In this document: one piece after another, positions 25,072 through 34,928 of the stretch
Numbering within the stretch: position 1 is the first letter of the stretch
Layout: each line of letters begins with the position of its first letter
Origin: an uncultured Acidimicrobiia bacterium
GTDB taxonomy: Bacteria > Actinomycetota > Acidimicrobiia > Acidimicrobiales > SZUA-35
Reading direction: 5' to 3'
Length of the DNA: 43,857 nucleotides
NCBI GenBank assembly: GCA_937890445.1
Contig: CALACD010000469.1
Coordinates: 1-43,857, forward strand
The notes under the pieces: generated by a model
Databases searched by the model: none
What the model saw: only the letters and a program-made list of their open reading frames with translations
Told to the model about the DNA's origin: nothing
Program-made: the position numbers and the translations under genes

Positions 25072-28000
25072 TCAGGAAGCACGAAGTGCCGCGGTGGCGG
25101 CGTCGTCGATCGAGTTGCCCACGATCACCACCCCGTAGACGTCGGCCGCTGCGGTGACGCTGACGATCCCGTCCCGGACATCTCGCAAGACCCGTTCCGG
25201 TTCCCGCTGGCGGGGGTCTCCCCATCCGCCGCCGCCCGGCGTGTGGGCGATCATCCGGGCCGGTCCCTGCCGACGCACCCCGTACTTGGGCGGTACGAAG
25301 CGAGGACCATCGGCCTCGACATCGACGGGTTCGATCCATTCCTCCCCCACGATGCCGTCGCCTCCGCCCATCACGCCGTAGCCCGACGGGGTGTCGAGTC
25401 CCTCGGCCCGGAACGACCACGCAGCCGGCCGAAGGACATCAGCCTCGTACACCACACCGCTACCGCCACGACGAGCACCTGGACCCGCAGCATCGGTCCG
25501 GAACTCCCAGCGCTGGTAGCGCACCGGATAGTTCTGTTCGTGGAACTCCAGATTGGCGATGTCGAGGCCTCCGAGCGAAATGAGATGCCCCATCTGGTTG
25601 AAACCATCCCGCTCCGCGGTCGCGCCCGGCGTACCCATTGCATGCCAGTGGTACATCACCCAGGTTCGGCCGTCGTCGCCGGTGCCCGTCACATGACCGT
25701 GCATGGTCTTGGACCAACCGGCAAGCGCCCGGGACGGATCGGCCGCAGCCAGCGCCTTCCACGTGGCATGGACGATCTCATGGGCCACGAAGACGGTGTT
25801 CATCGTCATCGGCGCCGGGGGCAAGGCGTTCACGATCGTGCCCTCGGGGGCAATGATGCGACACCCCCGGTACGTACCTTCGTTGCGGGGAATGGCAGGA
25901 TCGAAGAACGCTGACAGCGCCAGATAGGCGGCCGAGTAGGTGTTGGCCAACGATGAGTTCTTGAAGCCCTTCATCTGCGGATCGGACTCGCTGAAGTCAA
26001 GGATCATCTCGTCACCGGCGACCGTCAATCGCACCCGGATCCAGGTATCGATCTTCTCGAAGCAATCGTTGTCGGAGAGGTCGGCCCCCTCGTACACCCC
26101 GTCGGGCAACGCCGCCACCGCCTCTCGCATGCGCCGATCGGCGTGGTCGAGGATGCCTCCGAGGTGGGCGAAGTACGAGTCGAGCCCCAGCTCGGTCGCC
26201 AAGGCCGACACTCGCTGGCCACCGATCTCGGTCGAACCGACCATGGCCAGCAGGTCACCGTCGAGCAGCTCCGGGGTGCGAGAGTTGATGAGCAGCATTT
26301 GCCAGACGTCGTCGCGGACCTGACCTCGGTCATACAACTTCATCACCGGCAACCGGATGCCCTCCTGCCAGATCTCGGTCGCTTCGGGGTTGTAGGTACC
26401 GGCCAGTCCCCCGCCGATATCGGACTGGTGGGCCCGATTGCAACAGAACCCGGCCAGTCGCCATCCGTTGTTCGGGTCGGCGGGATCGACCTCGACCCCA
26501 TCGGTCGGTGGAAGAAAGATCGGCCGGCTGATGACCCAGTCGGGCAGGTGATTTCCACCGGCCACGTAGGGGTCGGACAGGATGAAGACATCCTCGGGAT
26601 GGATCCGGCCAGCCCATCGGGCGACGATGGCGCGAGCCGCGAACCCACCACCGCTGGTGTGGATCGGGATCCCGTCGGCGTTGGCAATCAGCGTGCCGGC
26701 CGGGTCAGTGATGAAACACGAGAAGTCATGACTCTGACTGAAGATGGTCGAGCGGGCCGTACGTGTCATGACCCAACCCATGTGCCGGCTGATCTGATCC
26801 AGGCGGTGTTGCATCAGCGACAGCACGACCGGATCCAGCTCGCTGGTCTCGCTGGTCTCGTGCTCGGTGACGAGCGACGTGACGGGCATCGAGTCGCGGG
26901 CCCCGGTGTCGAGCACGAAATTGCCGGACGTGTCGACCGAGAGCAGGGTTCCCGGTCCGACCAGAACCGTGGTGGTCAGCTCCTCGACCAGCATCGGACC
27001 TTCGATCCGCATCCCTGTCTGCAGGCTCGCACCGCCGAACACCGGGGTGTCGAGCCAGCCGTGGGCTCCGTGCCACACCTTGCGACTCTCGATCGGGCGG
27101 GGAACCTCGGCCGACAACGCATGGTCGACCTCGGCCAACTCGCCCGGTGAAGCCAGGGCGACGACCCGGGCCGACGAGATCAGGATCGTGCCCTGCTCCT
27201 GCACGTGTCCGTACATCCGCTGGTACTCGAGTTCGAAGGCGGCGCGAATGGCCGCCGGGTCGAAGTCACCTGCGCTTCCGGGTACCTCGATCTTGATGGA
27301 CCACAGCTGCCCGGGATGGTGGAGATCGAGCTCGGTACGCAGGACCAGCTCGTCGGAACCGAATCCCTCGGCTTCCATGGCCGCGATGGCCTGACGTTCG
27401 AGATCGGCCAACGCGGCCTGCACGTCGGCTCCCGCCACTTCGTCGAGCGAACCCTTGAGGAACCGTTGGAAGTCCTGCCGGACGTCGGCATGGAGCATCC
27501 CGACTGCGCACAGCGCTCCAGCGTCTCGGGGGATGTAGACATTGGGACATCCCAGTCCCCGGGCAACGGTCTCGCCGTGCATTGGACCGGCGCCGCCCGC
27601 CGCCACCAAGGTGAATCGGTCCGGCGCGTGACCTCGCTCGATCGAAATGTACTCGACGGCGCCCAGGAGATTCTGTTCCAGGAGCGTGATGATGCCGGCC
27701 GCTGCATCCTCGATGGAGAGGCCGAGAGGCTCGGCGACACGAGATCGGATCGCTTCTCTCGCTGCCTCCAGATCCAGGTCGATGGAGCCACCGGCGTACG
27801 GGCCGGGCCGGAGTCGTCCGAGAACCAGTTGGGCATCGGTCACGGTGGGTTCGGTTCCACCCAGGCCGTAACAGGCCGGGCCCGGATCGGCCCCCGCCCC
27901 CTGTGGGCCGACGAACAGCAGGCCGGCGGAGTCGACACCGGCGATCGTTCCGCCACCGGCCCCAATGGTGTGGATGTCGATGGCCGGCGTCGAGACGTGA

Positions 28001-29022
28001 TAGCCGGCGATCTGGAGGTCGTCTCGGGTGGCGACCTGCCCCCCCGACATCAGCAGGACATCGCACGACGTCCCGCCGATCTCCATCGAGATCAGGTTGC
28101 CGTCGTTGTCGACGTTCGCGGCGTCACCGGGGTCTCCCGACGATGCCAGGGCCTGGACCCCGACTCGATACCGATTGAGCGCACCCACCGCGGCAGCCGG
28201 CCCGCTCAGCAGGAGATTGACGGGGCGGGGCCCGATGGTCTCGACCGAGGCCGCCCCGCCGTTGCTCTGCACCATCAGAAGAGGTCGGGCCAGGCCGAGC
28301 CGAGCCAGCTCGGCGTCGAGGGCTTGAAGGTAGTCGACGATCCGGGGTGACAGGGTGGCGTTCACCACTGCGGTCGACGTTCGCTCGTACTCCCCCATCG
28401 TCGGGCTGATGTGGGCCGAGCGGGTGATCCAGTCGCCGTCCCAGCGCTCGCGGACCCGCTCCTCGACGGCCACTTCGTGGTGATCGTCGAGAAAGCTGTT
28501 GAACAGGGCGATCGCGATCGCTTCGACTCCTTCGGTCTCGAACACCTCGAGGGCAGCGTCGATGTCGTCGGTCGACAGCGGTGCGATCTCGTGGCCCTCG
28601 GCATCGACGCGACCACCGACCCCCAGACGCAGATACCGCGGTACCAGGACGGGGGCATACGGCTCACGGTGGTTCCATTGATCTTGGCGCAGGCCCCGTC
28701 GGATCTCGAGCGCATCCCGGAATCCGGCCGTCGTCAGCAACCCGACCGTGGCCCCCTTTCCCTCGAGAATCGTGTTGGTGGCGACCGTGGAGCCGTGCAC
28801 GAAGAGCGCGCAGCCCTGCAGGATGTCGACCGAGGTCGAGTCCAGATCGCGAGCGAGCCGTTCGATGGCGGCCAGTACTCCGCGACTGGGGTCGCTGGGC
28901 ACCGAAGGCACCTTCGCCACCCAGGTCTCGCCATGCTGATCGGCCAGCACCAGATCGGTGAACGTTCCGCCGACATCGACGCCAATGCGCCAAGGGGCGA
29001 CGGGAAAGGTTGCGGTGGTCAT
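25072..29022 (-). CDS. Fused hydantoinase/oxoprolinase: A (HyuA-like) and B (HyuB-like) domains in one 1316-aa polypeptide
   Basis: ORF 25072..29022. The N-terminus RIGVDVGGTFTDLVL is the hydantoinase A ATPase fold. The C-terminal half contains DFSCFITD...GGNHLPD...GGGGWGDP, as in HyuB/oxoprolinase. Confidence 0.9.
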   Translation of the reverse strand: MTTATFPVAPWRIGVDVGGTFTDLVLADQHGETWVAKVPSVPSDPSRGVLAAIERLARDLDSTSVDILQGCALFVHGSTVATNTILEGKGATVGLLTTAGFRDALEIRRGLRQDQWNHREPYAPVLVPRYLRLGVGGRVDAEGHEIAPLSTDDIDAALEVFETEGVEAIAIALFNSFLDDHHEVAVEERVRERWDGDWITRSAHISPTMGEYERTSTAVVNATLSPRIVDYLQALDAELARLGLARPLLMVQSNGGAASVETIGPRPVNLLLSGPAAAVGALNRYRVGVQALASSGDPGDAANVDNDGNLISMEIGGTSCDVLLMSGGQVATRDDLQIAGYHVSTPAIDIHTIGAGGGTIAGVDSAGLLFVGPQGAGADPGPACYGLGGTEPTVTDAQLVLGRLRPGPYAGGSIDLDLEAAREAIRSRVAEPLGLSIEDAAAGIITLLEQNLLGAVEYISIERGHAPDRFTLVAAGGAGPMHGETVARGLGCPNVYIPRDAGALCAVGMLHADVRQDFQRFLKGSLDEVAGADVQAALADLERQAIAAMEAEGFGSDELVLRTELDLHHPGQLWSIKIEVPGSAGDFDPAAIRAAFELEYQRMYGHVQEQGTILISSARVVALASPGELAEVDHALSAEVPRPIESRKVWHGAHGWLDTPVFGGASLQTGMRIEGPMLVEELTTTVLVGPGTLLSVDTSGNFVLDTGARDSMPVTSLVTEHETSETSELDPVVLSLMQHRLDQISRHMGWVMTRTARSTIFSQSHDFSCFITDPAGTLIANADGIPIHTSGGGFAARAIVARWAGRIHPEDVFILSDPYVAGGNHLPDWVISRPIFLPPTDGVEVDPADPNNGWRLAGFCCNRAHQSDIGGGLAGTYNPEATEIWQEGIRLPVMKLYDRGQVRDDVWQMLLINSRTPELLDGDLLAMVGSTEIGGQRVSALATELGLDSYFAHLGGILDHADRRMREAVAALPDGVYEGADLSDNDCFEKIDTWIRVRLTVAGDEMILDFSESDPQMKGFKNSSLANTYSAAYLALSAFFDPAIPRNEGTYRGCRIIAPEGTIVNALPPAPMTMNTVFVAHEIVHATWKALAAADPSRALAGWSKTMHGHVTGTGDDGRTWVMYHWHAMGTPGATAERDGFNQMGHLISLGGLDIANLEFHEQNYPVRYQRWEFRTDAAGPGARRGGSGVVYEADVLRPAAWSFRAEGLDTPSGYGVMGGGDGIVGEEWIEPVDVEADGPRFVPPKYGVRRQGPARMIAHTPGGGGWGDPRQREPERVLRDVRDGIVSVTAAADVYGVVIVGNSIDDAATAALRAS

Positions 29023-29096
29023 GCCGTCCAGCTTGGCCGAATCGGTGAACCGCCGACAAGCGTGTCCTGCGGACCGACCTGTGTCAGGATGCGTCG

Positions 29097-29744
29097 ATGC
29101 CAGCCAGCGATCACCACGGACTCGTTGTCAACGTTGCCCGGGACCACGGTCAGCGGCTGCTCCTGCTCCTGCACGGCTACGGGGCCGACGAACACGATCT
29201 GGCCCCACTGGCCGACATGATCGACCCCGACGGGCACTTCCTCACGTTGTGTCCCCGCGGACCCTTCGACGTCGAATCCGGCACCGGAGCCGCGTGGTAT
29301 CACCGCGATGCCAACGGCGACATCGACCAGGCCAGCTTCTGCGGCGCACTGGTGCTGCTGGATCAACTGGTCGATGCCACGACCGCCCAGACCGGACTCG
29401 ACCCGGCCACGATGGTGGTCATCGGGTTCTCGCAGGGGGCAGCCATGACCTTCGCCCTCGGGTTACGAGACAGCACTCGTCCTCGACCTGCCGCCATCGC
29501 TGGGCTGTCGGGTTCGATTCCCGAACCTCCCTGGCTGGAATACGCCTGGACGGCGTCCGATCTTCCCCCCACCTACGTCCAACACGGTCTGGACGACCAC
29601 GTGGTGCCGATCGATCGGGCGCGCCACACCCGCCAGGTGCTCGAGCGCCACCACCTCGAACTCGAATATCACGAATACAACATGCAACACGAGATCAACG
29701 CACCTTCGTTGACCGATGTACGTCTCTGGCTGGAGCAGCACTGA
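29097..29744 (+). CDS. Phospholipase/carboxylesterase-family alpha/beta hydrolase
   Basis: ORF 29097..29744. It contains LLLLHGYGADEHDL, the nucleophile elbow GFSQGA, and a C-terminal HxI His. Confidence 0.75.
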   Translation: MPASDHHGLVVNVARDHGQRLLLLLHGYGADEHDLAPLADMIDPDGHFLTLCPRGPFDVESGTGAAWYHRDANGDIDQASFCGALVLLDQLVDATTAQTGLDPATMVVIGFSQGAAMTFALGLRDSTRPRPAAIAGLSGSIPEPPWLEYAWTASDLPPTYVQHGLDDHVVPIDRARHTRQVLERHHLELEYHEYNMQHEINAPSLTDVRLWLEQH

Positions 29745-31057
29745 TGGCACCGTATCCGAACCCCGATTCCCGATCTGCAGCCTTGTACGCCCGGGCTCGT
29801 CGTTCGATCCCCGACGGCGCCTCTCGGAGTCTGGCCCTGATTCGGCCCCACCCCATCTATGTGCATTCCGGTCAGGGAGCATGGGTCACCGATGTCGACG
29901 GCGGCCGCTACCTCGATGCCAACAACAACTTCACGTCGATCATTCTCGGCCACGCCGACCCGCTGGTGAACGAAGCCGTTGCTCGCCAGCTGTCCAACGG
30001 CACCGCCTTCGCCATGGGAACCGAACCCGAGATCGAACTGGCCGAGCTGATCTGTGCCCGAGTCCCCTCGATCGAACGGGTTCGGTTCTGCAACTCGGGA
30101 ACCGAAGCGGTCATGGGCGCCATCAAGGCGGCACGAGCCTTCACCGGTCGACCCATGATCGCCAAGGTCGAGGGCGCCTACCACGGCACCTACGATCACG
30201 TCGAGACGTCGTTGGGGGCGAGTCCCGAGGACTGGGGCGACGGTGAGGCCCCGGCCTCGGTCACCTACGCCACCGGCACGCCGAGTTCGGTGGTCGACGA
30301 AGTGGCGGTCCTTCCGTTCAACAATCCTTCGGCGGCCCGTTCGATCATCGATCGGTGTGGTGATCGTCTGGCCGCGGTGTTGATCGACACGCTGCCGAGC
30401 CGGGTCGGTCTTCCCATCGTCGATCACGAATTCCTGCAGTCCGTCTTCTCTGCCGCCCGCGCCGTCGGGGCCTTGGTCATCATGGACGAGGTCATCAGCT
30501 TCCGGTTGGGTATCGGAGGCAATCAGGGTCGGTTGGGACTCGAGCCCGACCTCACGGCGTTGGCCAAGATCATCGGCGGTGGTTTTCCGGTCGGGGCCAC
30601 CGGAGGTCGGGCCGATGTGATGGAGGTCTTCGCGTCGATCGATGGTCAACGAGCGGCCGTACCCTCGGGGGGAACGTTCTCGGCCAATCCGATCACCATG
30701 GTGGCGGGAACTGCCTGCATGGCCCAGCTCAGTGACGCCTCGTTCGCCCGTCTGGACGAGATCGGAGACTCGATTCGCGATGGACTACGGACTGTGTTCG
30801 CCCAGCAGGATCGACCGTGGCAGGTGACGGGGCGAGGCTCGCTGTTTCGGATCCATCCTCACGATCGACCCATTCGTTCGTACCGCGACGCCCATCTCTC
30901 CGATGCCGAGGAAGCAATCATGGACCGACTGCAGAAACGGCTCCTGGAACGAGAGGTCTACCTACCGGGATACGGGCTGGGATGCATGAACCTGGCCACC
31001 ACCGATCGGGATGTCGGCCACCTGGTGGAGGCGGTCGCAGCTGCGATCGCCACCTGA
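29744..31057 (+). CDS. Class-III (PLP-dependent) aminotransferase, glutamate-1-semialdehyde aminomutase-like
   Basis: This is the C-terminal 437 aa of ORF 28958..31057. The ATG at 29744 overlaps the esterase stop codon (ATGA). It contains FCNSGTEAVMGAIKAAR, MDEVISFR and the PLP-lysine region PDLTALAKIIGGGFP. Confidence 0.85.
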   Translation: MAPYPNPDSRSAALYARARRSIPDGASRSLALIRPHPIYVHSGQGAWVTDVDGGRYLDANNNFTSIILGHADPLVNEAVARQLSNGTAFAMGTEPEIELAELICARVPSIERVRFCNSGTEAVMGAIKAARAFTGRPMIAKVEGAYHGTYDHVETSLGASPEDWGDGEAPASVTYATGTPSSVVDEVAVLPFNNPSAARSIIDRCGDRLAAVLIDTLPSRVGLPIVDHEFLQSVFSAARAVGALVIMDEVISFRLGIGGNQGRLGLEPDLTALAKIIGGGFPVGATGGRADVMEVFASIDGQRAAVPSGGTFSANPITMVAGTACMAQLSDASFARLDEIGDSIRDGLRTVFAQQDRPWQVTGRGSLFRIHPHDRPIRSYRDAHLSDAEEAIMDRLQKRLLEREVYLPGYGLGCMNLATTDRDVGHLVEAVAAAIAT

Positions 31058-31305
31058 GGGCTCACCATCTGATCGGCCGATGGCTCGAGCAACACCCGGA
31101 GCAGGTCGACGGCTCCGAGGAGCGAGGCCGCCACGCCGCCCGCAGCGAGGGAGGGGGGAGTCGAGTCGGCGTGACGACCTCGGGAGTCGGTGCGCCAAGG
31201 AGAAGTGGCGGGACCAACACTGTGCGTCACACTAGATGGTACGACAAGCTTGTTGGTGGACATCGACGGGAACCGAGGGACCGCAATCGGGACGGTCTCG
31301 CACCG

Positions 31306-31311
31306 TAGACT
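31306..31311 (+). promoter_or_regulatory. Candidate -10 hexamer TAGACT, 7 nt upstream of the DUF389 ATG (possible leaderless transcript)
   Basis: Read directly from the sequence. I see no convincing -35 element and no Shine-Dalgarno sequence before ATG 31319. Confidence 0.25.
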
Positions 31312-31318
31312 CTGGCCG

Positions 31319-32872
31319 ATGGTCGACACGGCCCCAACCCAACCGGGTCGAACTCGACCGCAACGAGCCTGGTGGCATCGGCACCTCGAGCCCGAGGAGC
31401 GTCGACGGGTCATGGCCGATCTGGCCCTGACCCGAGTCGAGTCGTGGACCTTCCGGTTCACCACCATGCTCACGTTGTCGGTGGTGGTTGCCGTCATGGG
31501 CATGTCAGCCAACTCGGCCGCCGTCGTCATTGGCGCAATGTTGTTGGCCCCTCTGATGACACCGGTACTGGGTCTGGCCGCGGCACTGTCGATGGGCCTG
31601 GCCAACAAGTCGATCGTGTCGGTGGCCCGCGTCTCGGCCGCCACGGGGTGGTGTGTCGCGATCGCGACCGCCATCTCGGCCTTGATCCCCGACCAGCCAC
31701 TGTCCAACGAGGTCATCGCTCGTACCAGTCCGGACGTGCGCGACCTGGTGGTCGCCCTCGCTGCCGGATTCGCCGGTTCATACGCCACCGTGCGGCGGGA
31801 CGCGTCGTCGGCGCTTCCCGGCGTCGCCGTCGCCGTGGCTCTCGTGCCACCGCTCGCCGCGGTCGGCATCACACTCGAGGCGGGACGCCCCGAACTGGCG
31901 GCCGGCGCCCTGCTTCTCTACGGGGCCAACCTGGCAGCCATCATCCTGGCCGGGGTCTTCGTCTTCGTGGCGACCGGCTTCGTCCCGCCCCGCCGTCTGG
32001 CCAAGACGACCCCGGCCATCCTGAGCGGCGCCTTCTTGACCACGGCCGTCGTCGTCACCCTCGCCATTCCGCTCATCCAGCGAAGCGTCACGGTCGGCCA
32101 GTCGGCACAGTTGCTCCAGGAGGTGAACGTCGCCGTCATATCGTGGATCGATGGCCGCCGGCTCGACATCGCCGACATCAGCGTGGACGCCGAAGCGCGA
32201 CGGGTCTCGGTTGCCGTCACCGGTCTGGACCGGCCCTCCGAGCAGGCAGACCTCGAAGCGCTCTTGATCCCCATCCTCGGACCCGGGACGCTGGCAAGCG
32301 TGCAGTGGACGCGAACCGAGCAGGCGACCACCACCACGACGGTTCCCGATCTACCTCCGACGACGACCGATGAGCAACTCCGATACGAACGGGTGACGAG
32401 AACCGTCGAGGCCTGGCTGGCCGACGCCACCGTCGATTCGGTCAGATACGAGTTGGAGGCCGTCTTCCTGGACGGTCAGAGCCTGCGAGTCGACGTGGTC
32501 GGCGTCGGTGACCCTCCCTCGGTCGAGGATCTCGTCACTCGACTCGTCTCCGAACTCGATGAAGATCTCGGCGTGACGCTCACCTGGGTGCCGCGCTCGA
32601 TCGTGTCCCCGCGAACCAGCCTTCCGACACCGTTCGAGGTCCAGACCGATGCCCTCAGCCAGCAAGCCCAGTTCTTCGCAGTCGCCAACGATCTCGCCGT
32701 CCTCGACTTCGAACACACCGAGACGCGGGTGACCATCGAGTTCGCCGGTTCGATCGAACCGGACACGACTTTCCTGGTCGAGGCGCTGACCGAGATCGTC
32801 GGCGACAACGTGACCATCGACCTCTACTTCATCGAGCGGCGACGCCTCGAAACCACGACCACCACCAGTTGA
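31319..32872 (+). CDS. DUF389 / TIGR00341-family membrane protein with an acidic C-terminal soluble domain
   Basis: ORF 31190..32872. The region AVVIGAMLLAPLMTPVLG...ALAAGFAGSYA...GVAVAVALVPPLAAVG is typical of the DUF389 hydrophobic domain. The choice of start (ATG 31319) is uncertain. Confidence 0.7.
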   Translation: MVDTAPTQPGRTRPQRAWWHRHLEPEERRRVMADLALTRVESWTFRFTTMLTLSVVVAVMGMSANSAAVVIGAMLLAPLMTPVLGLAAALSMGLANKSIVSVARVSAATGWCVAIATAISALIPDQPLSNEVIARTSPDVRDLVVALAAGFAGSYATVRRDASSALPGVAVAVALVPPLAAVGITLEAGRPELAAGALLLYGANLAAIILAGVFVFVATGFVPPRRLAKTTPAILSGAFLTTAVVVTLAIPLIQRSVTVGQSAQLLQEVNVAVISWIDGRRLDIADISVDAEARRVSVAVTGLDRPSEQADLEALLIPILGPGTLASVQWTRTEQATTTTTVPDLPPTTTDEQLRYERVTRTVEAWLADATVDSVRYELEAVFLDGQSLRVDVVGVGDPPSVEDLVTRLVSELDEDLGVTLTWVPRSIVSPRTSLPTPFEVQTDALSQQAQFFAVANDLAVLDFEHTETRVTIEFAGSIEPDTTFLVEALTEIVGDNVTIDLYFIERRRLETTTTTS

Positions 32873-32894
32873 CTACGGCTCGATCACCCCGGGA

Positions 32895-32990
32895 TGGCTT
32901 GGGCCTCGAGCCCGACCTCAGGGCTTTGGCCAAGCTCAGGGCTTTGGCCAAGCTCACCGGCGGCGCAACTACGCCGGCTGGCCGACCTTA
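32895..32990 (+). pseudogene. Short relic of a class-III aminotransferase gene (PLP-lysine region) with an internal 18-bp tandem duplication
   Basis: Positions 32905-32934 (ctcgagcccgacctcagggctttggccaag) match 30539-30568 of the intact gene at 28 of 30 positions. The reading frame gives GLEPDLRALAK(LRALAK)LTGGG, compared with GLEPDLTALAKIIGGG in the intact gene. Confidence 0.45.
32917..32952. repeat. Tandem 18-bp direct repeat, ctcagggctttggccaag x2
   Basis: Read directly from the sequence. It lies inside the aminotransferase-like relic. Confidence 0.95.
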
Positions 32991-33033
32991 GATCTCGCGA
33001 GCCGCGTGAAACCACCTGTACGCCCGTTCCGGC

Positions 33034-33942
33034 TCAGCCGAACCGGCCAGTCACATAGCTCTCGGTCCGCGGGTCGGCAGGGTTCGAGAAAATTCGATCG
33101 GTGTGGTCGTACTCGACCAGGACACCCGTGCGCGTATCGCTGTCGGGATTGACCTCGACGGAGAAGAAGGCGGTGCGGTCGCTGACCCGCGCCGCCTGCT
33201 GCATGTTGTGAGTCACGATGACAATCGAGTACTCGGACTTGATCTGCTGCATCAGGTCCTCGATGTGCGCAGTTGCGATCGGGTCGAGCGCAGAGCACGG
33301 CTCGTCCATGAGGAGGACGTCGGGGTTGGTGGCGATGGCGCGAGCAATGCAGAGGCGTTGCTGCTGGCCGCCCGACATACCGAGCGCAGAGCTGTCGAGA
33401 CGATCCTTCGCCTCGTCCCAGATCGCCGCCTTGCGAAGTGCGTTCTCCACGATGTCGTCGAGGTCGCCACCCTTCTTCTTCTTGACCATACCGGTGATGC
33501 GAGGGCCGTAGGCCACGTTGTCGTAGATCGACTTGGGGAACGGGTTGGGCTTCTGGAAGACCATCCCGATGCGTCGACGAACTTCGACGGCGTCGACACC
33601 GTTGGCGTAGAGGTCCATCCCGTGATAGCGCAGATCACCCTCGACGCGAGCGATTGCGATCAGGTCGTTCATACGGTTCAGACAGCGAAGAACCGTGGTC
33701 TTTCCGCAGCCCGACGGGCCGATGAACGCCGTGATCTCCTGCTCGTGGATCTGCAGATTCACATCTCGTACGGCGCGGAAGGCACCGTAGAAGACGTTGA
33801 CGTTCGACAGTGCGAAGACCACATCGCCCTCGACCTTGGGTCCCTCGGCACGTCTGGTATCGGTGCCGGTATCGGGCGACTTGGATTGCTGTTCGCTCAC
33901 CACGTTCTCCATTGTCTCATTTCCTGTCGTGTTCATCGTCAT
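33034..33942 (-). CDS. pstB: Phosphate ABC transporter ATP-binding protein
   Basis: This is the C-terminal 302 aa of ORF 33034..34755. It contains Walker A (GPSGCGKTT), the signature motif ([14 protein letters not shown] variant [10 protein letters not shown]) and Walker B (LLMDEP). The ATG at 33942 overlaps the pstA stop codon (ATGA). Confidence 0.9.
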   Translation of the reverse strand: MTMNTTGNETMENVVSEQQSKSPDTGTDTRRAEGPKVEGDVVFALSNVNVFYGAFRAVRDVNLQIHEQEITAFIGPSGCGKTTVLRCLNRMNDLIAIARVEGDLRYHGMDLYANGVDAVEVRRRIGMVFQKPNPFPKSIYDNVAYGPRITGMVKKKKGGDLDDIVENALRKAAIWDEAKDRLDSSALGMSGGQQQRLCIARAIATNPDVLLMDEPCSALDPIATAHIEDLMQQIKSEYSIVIVTHNMQQAARVSDRTAFFSVEVNPDSDTRTGVLVEYDHTDRIFSNPADPRTESYVTGRFG

Positions 33943-34919
33943 CCACGTTTCTTCTCGAACCGGTTTCGCAGCAGGATCGCTGTCATGTTCAGCAACAAGA
34001 CCACCACCAGCAGCACCACGATCGCAGCTGCTGCGGCGGTCGCAAATCCCTCGTCGCGACCACGCTGGCTGACCCAGGTCACGATGAGGATCGGCAGTGC
34101 CGTGAACCGATCCTGTAGCGCCGTCACATCGACGAAACTGGGGTTCGCCGTGAGTCCGCCGCTGATGGCGCCGATGAGGATGAGCGGTGCGGCCTCGCCG
34201 ATGGCCCGAGACATGGACAACAGGGTTCCGGTCAGGATGCCTGGCGCTGCATAGGGCAACACCTGGGTTCGAATCATCTCGGACTTGGTGGCACCGACGC
34301 CGTAGGCACCCTCCTTCAGACCGGATGGCACGGCCCGGATCGCCTCCTGCGACGTGATGATCACGATCGGCAGTACCAGGATCGCCAAGGTCAACCCAGC
34401 CGAGATCGGCGTCGGGCCCCCGGTGAGATCGACCAGCCAGCCGAGGCCGATGAAGCCGAGAATCGTGTTCTTCTCGACGAACAAGAACAGCCCCAGGAGC
34501 CCGTATACGACCGACGGGACGCCTGAAAGGTTCCTGATCGCCAACTCGATGAAGCGGGTCGTGCGGTTTTGGTTCGCGTATTCTTCCAGGTAGATCGCGG
34601 CGGCGATCCCGGTCGGGAAGGCGATGATCGCCACGAATGCGGCGATCCAGAACGAGCCGTAGAGACCCTGGTGAACACCGAGTTTGTCGTCGATCGAGCG
34701 GGAGCGAAGTGTTCCCGACAGGAATCCGCCGAGCCGGGTCGACAGCTGATCCCAACCGTCGAACAACACGTCGAAGATGAGCACACCGATGATGAGTAGC
34801 GAGACATAGAGCGTTCCTGCCACGGCGATGCGGAAAATCGTTCCGCCTACGTCGCGGCCCGCACCCTGGAGCGTCTGAGCGTTCTTGCGGGCGACGTCGC
34901 CCACGGTGACGATTGCCAT
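33939..34919 (-). CDS. pstA: Phosphate ABC transporter permease PstA
   Basis: ORF 33939..34919. The permease EAA-loop region is [22 protein letters not shown], and it occupies the expected position in the pstSCAB gene order. Confidence 0.9.
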   Translation of the reverse strand: MAIVTVGDVARKNAQTLQGAGRDVGGTIFRIAVAGTLYVSLLIIGVLIFDVLFDGWDQLSTRLGGFLSGTLRSRSIDDKLGVHQGLYGSFWIAAFVAIIAFPTGIAAAIYLEEYANQNRTTRFIELAIRNLSGVPSVVYGLLGLFLFVEKNTILGFIGLGWLVDLTGGPTPISAGLTLAILVLPIVIITSQEAIRAVPSGLKEGAYGVGATKSEMIRTQVLPYAAPGILTGTLLSMSRAIGEAAPLILIGAISGGLTANPSFVDVTALQDRFTALPILIVTWVSQRGRDEGFATAAAAAIVVLLVVVLLLNMTAILLRNRFEKKRG

Positions 34920-34928
34920 CGGAGTCTC

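Noticed and set aside
30958-31872. A 304-aa minus-strand ORF covering the aminotransferase-DUF389 intergenic region
   Set aside because: Its sequence is Ala/Thr/Arg/Ser-rich and low-complexity. It is mostly antisense to the DUF389 membrane gene, which has clear family motifs, and it has no motif of its own.
2285-33942. Recurrent stop-start overlaps: TGATG at 2285-2289 (ppsA/pfkB) and 11465-11469 (puuE/allA), GTGA at 10367-10370, ATGA at 29742-29746, and ATGA at 33939-33942 (pstA/pstB)
   Set aside because: They are real and useful for choosing start codons, but they represent ordinary translational coupling in compact operons and are not a novel feature.
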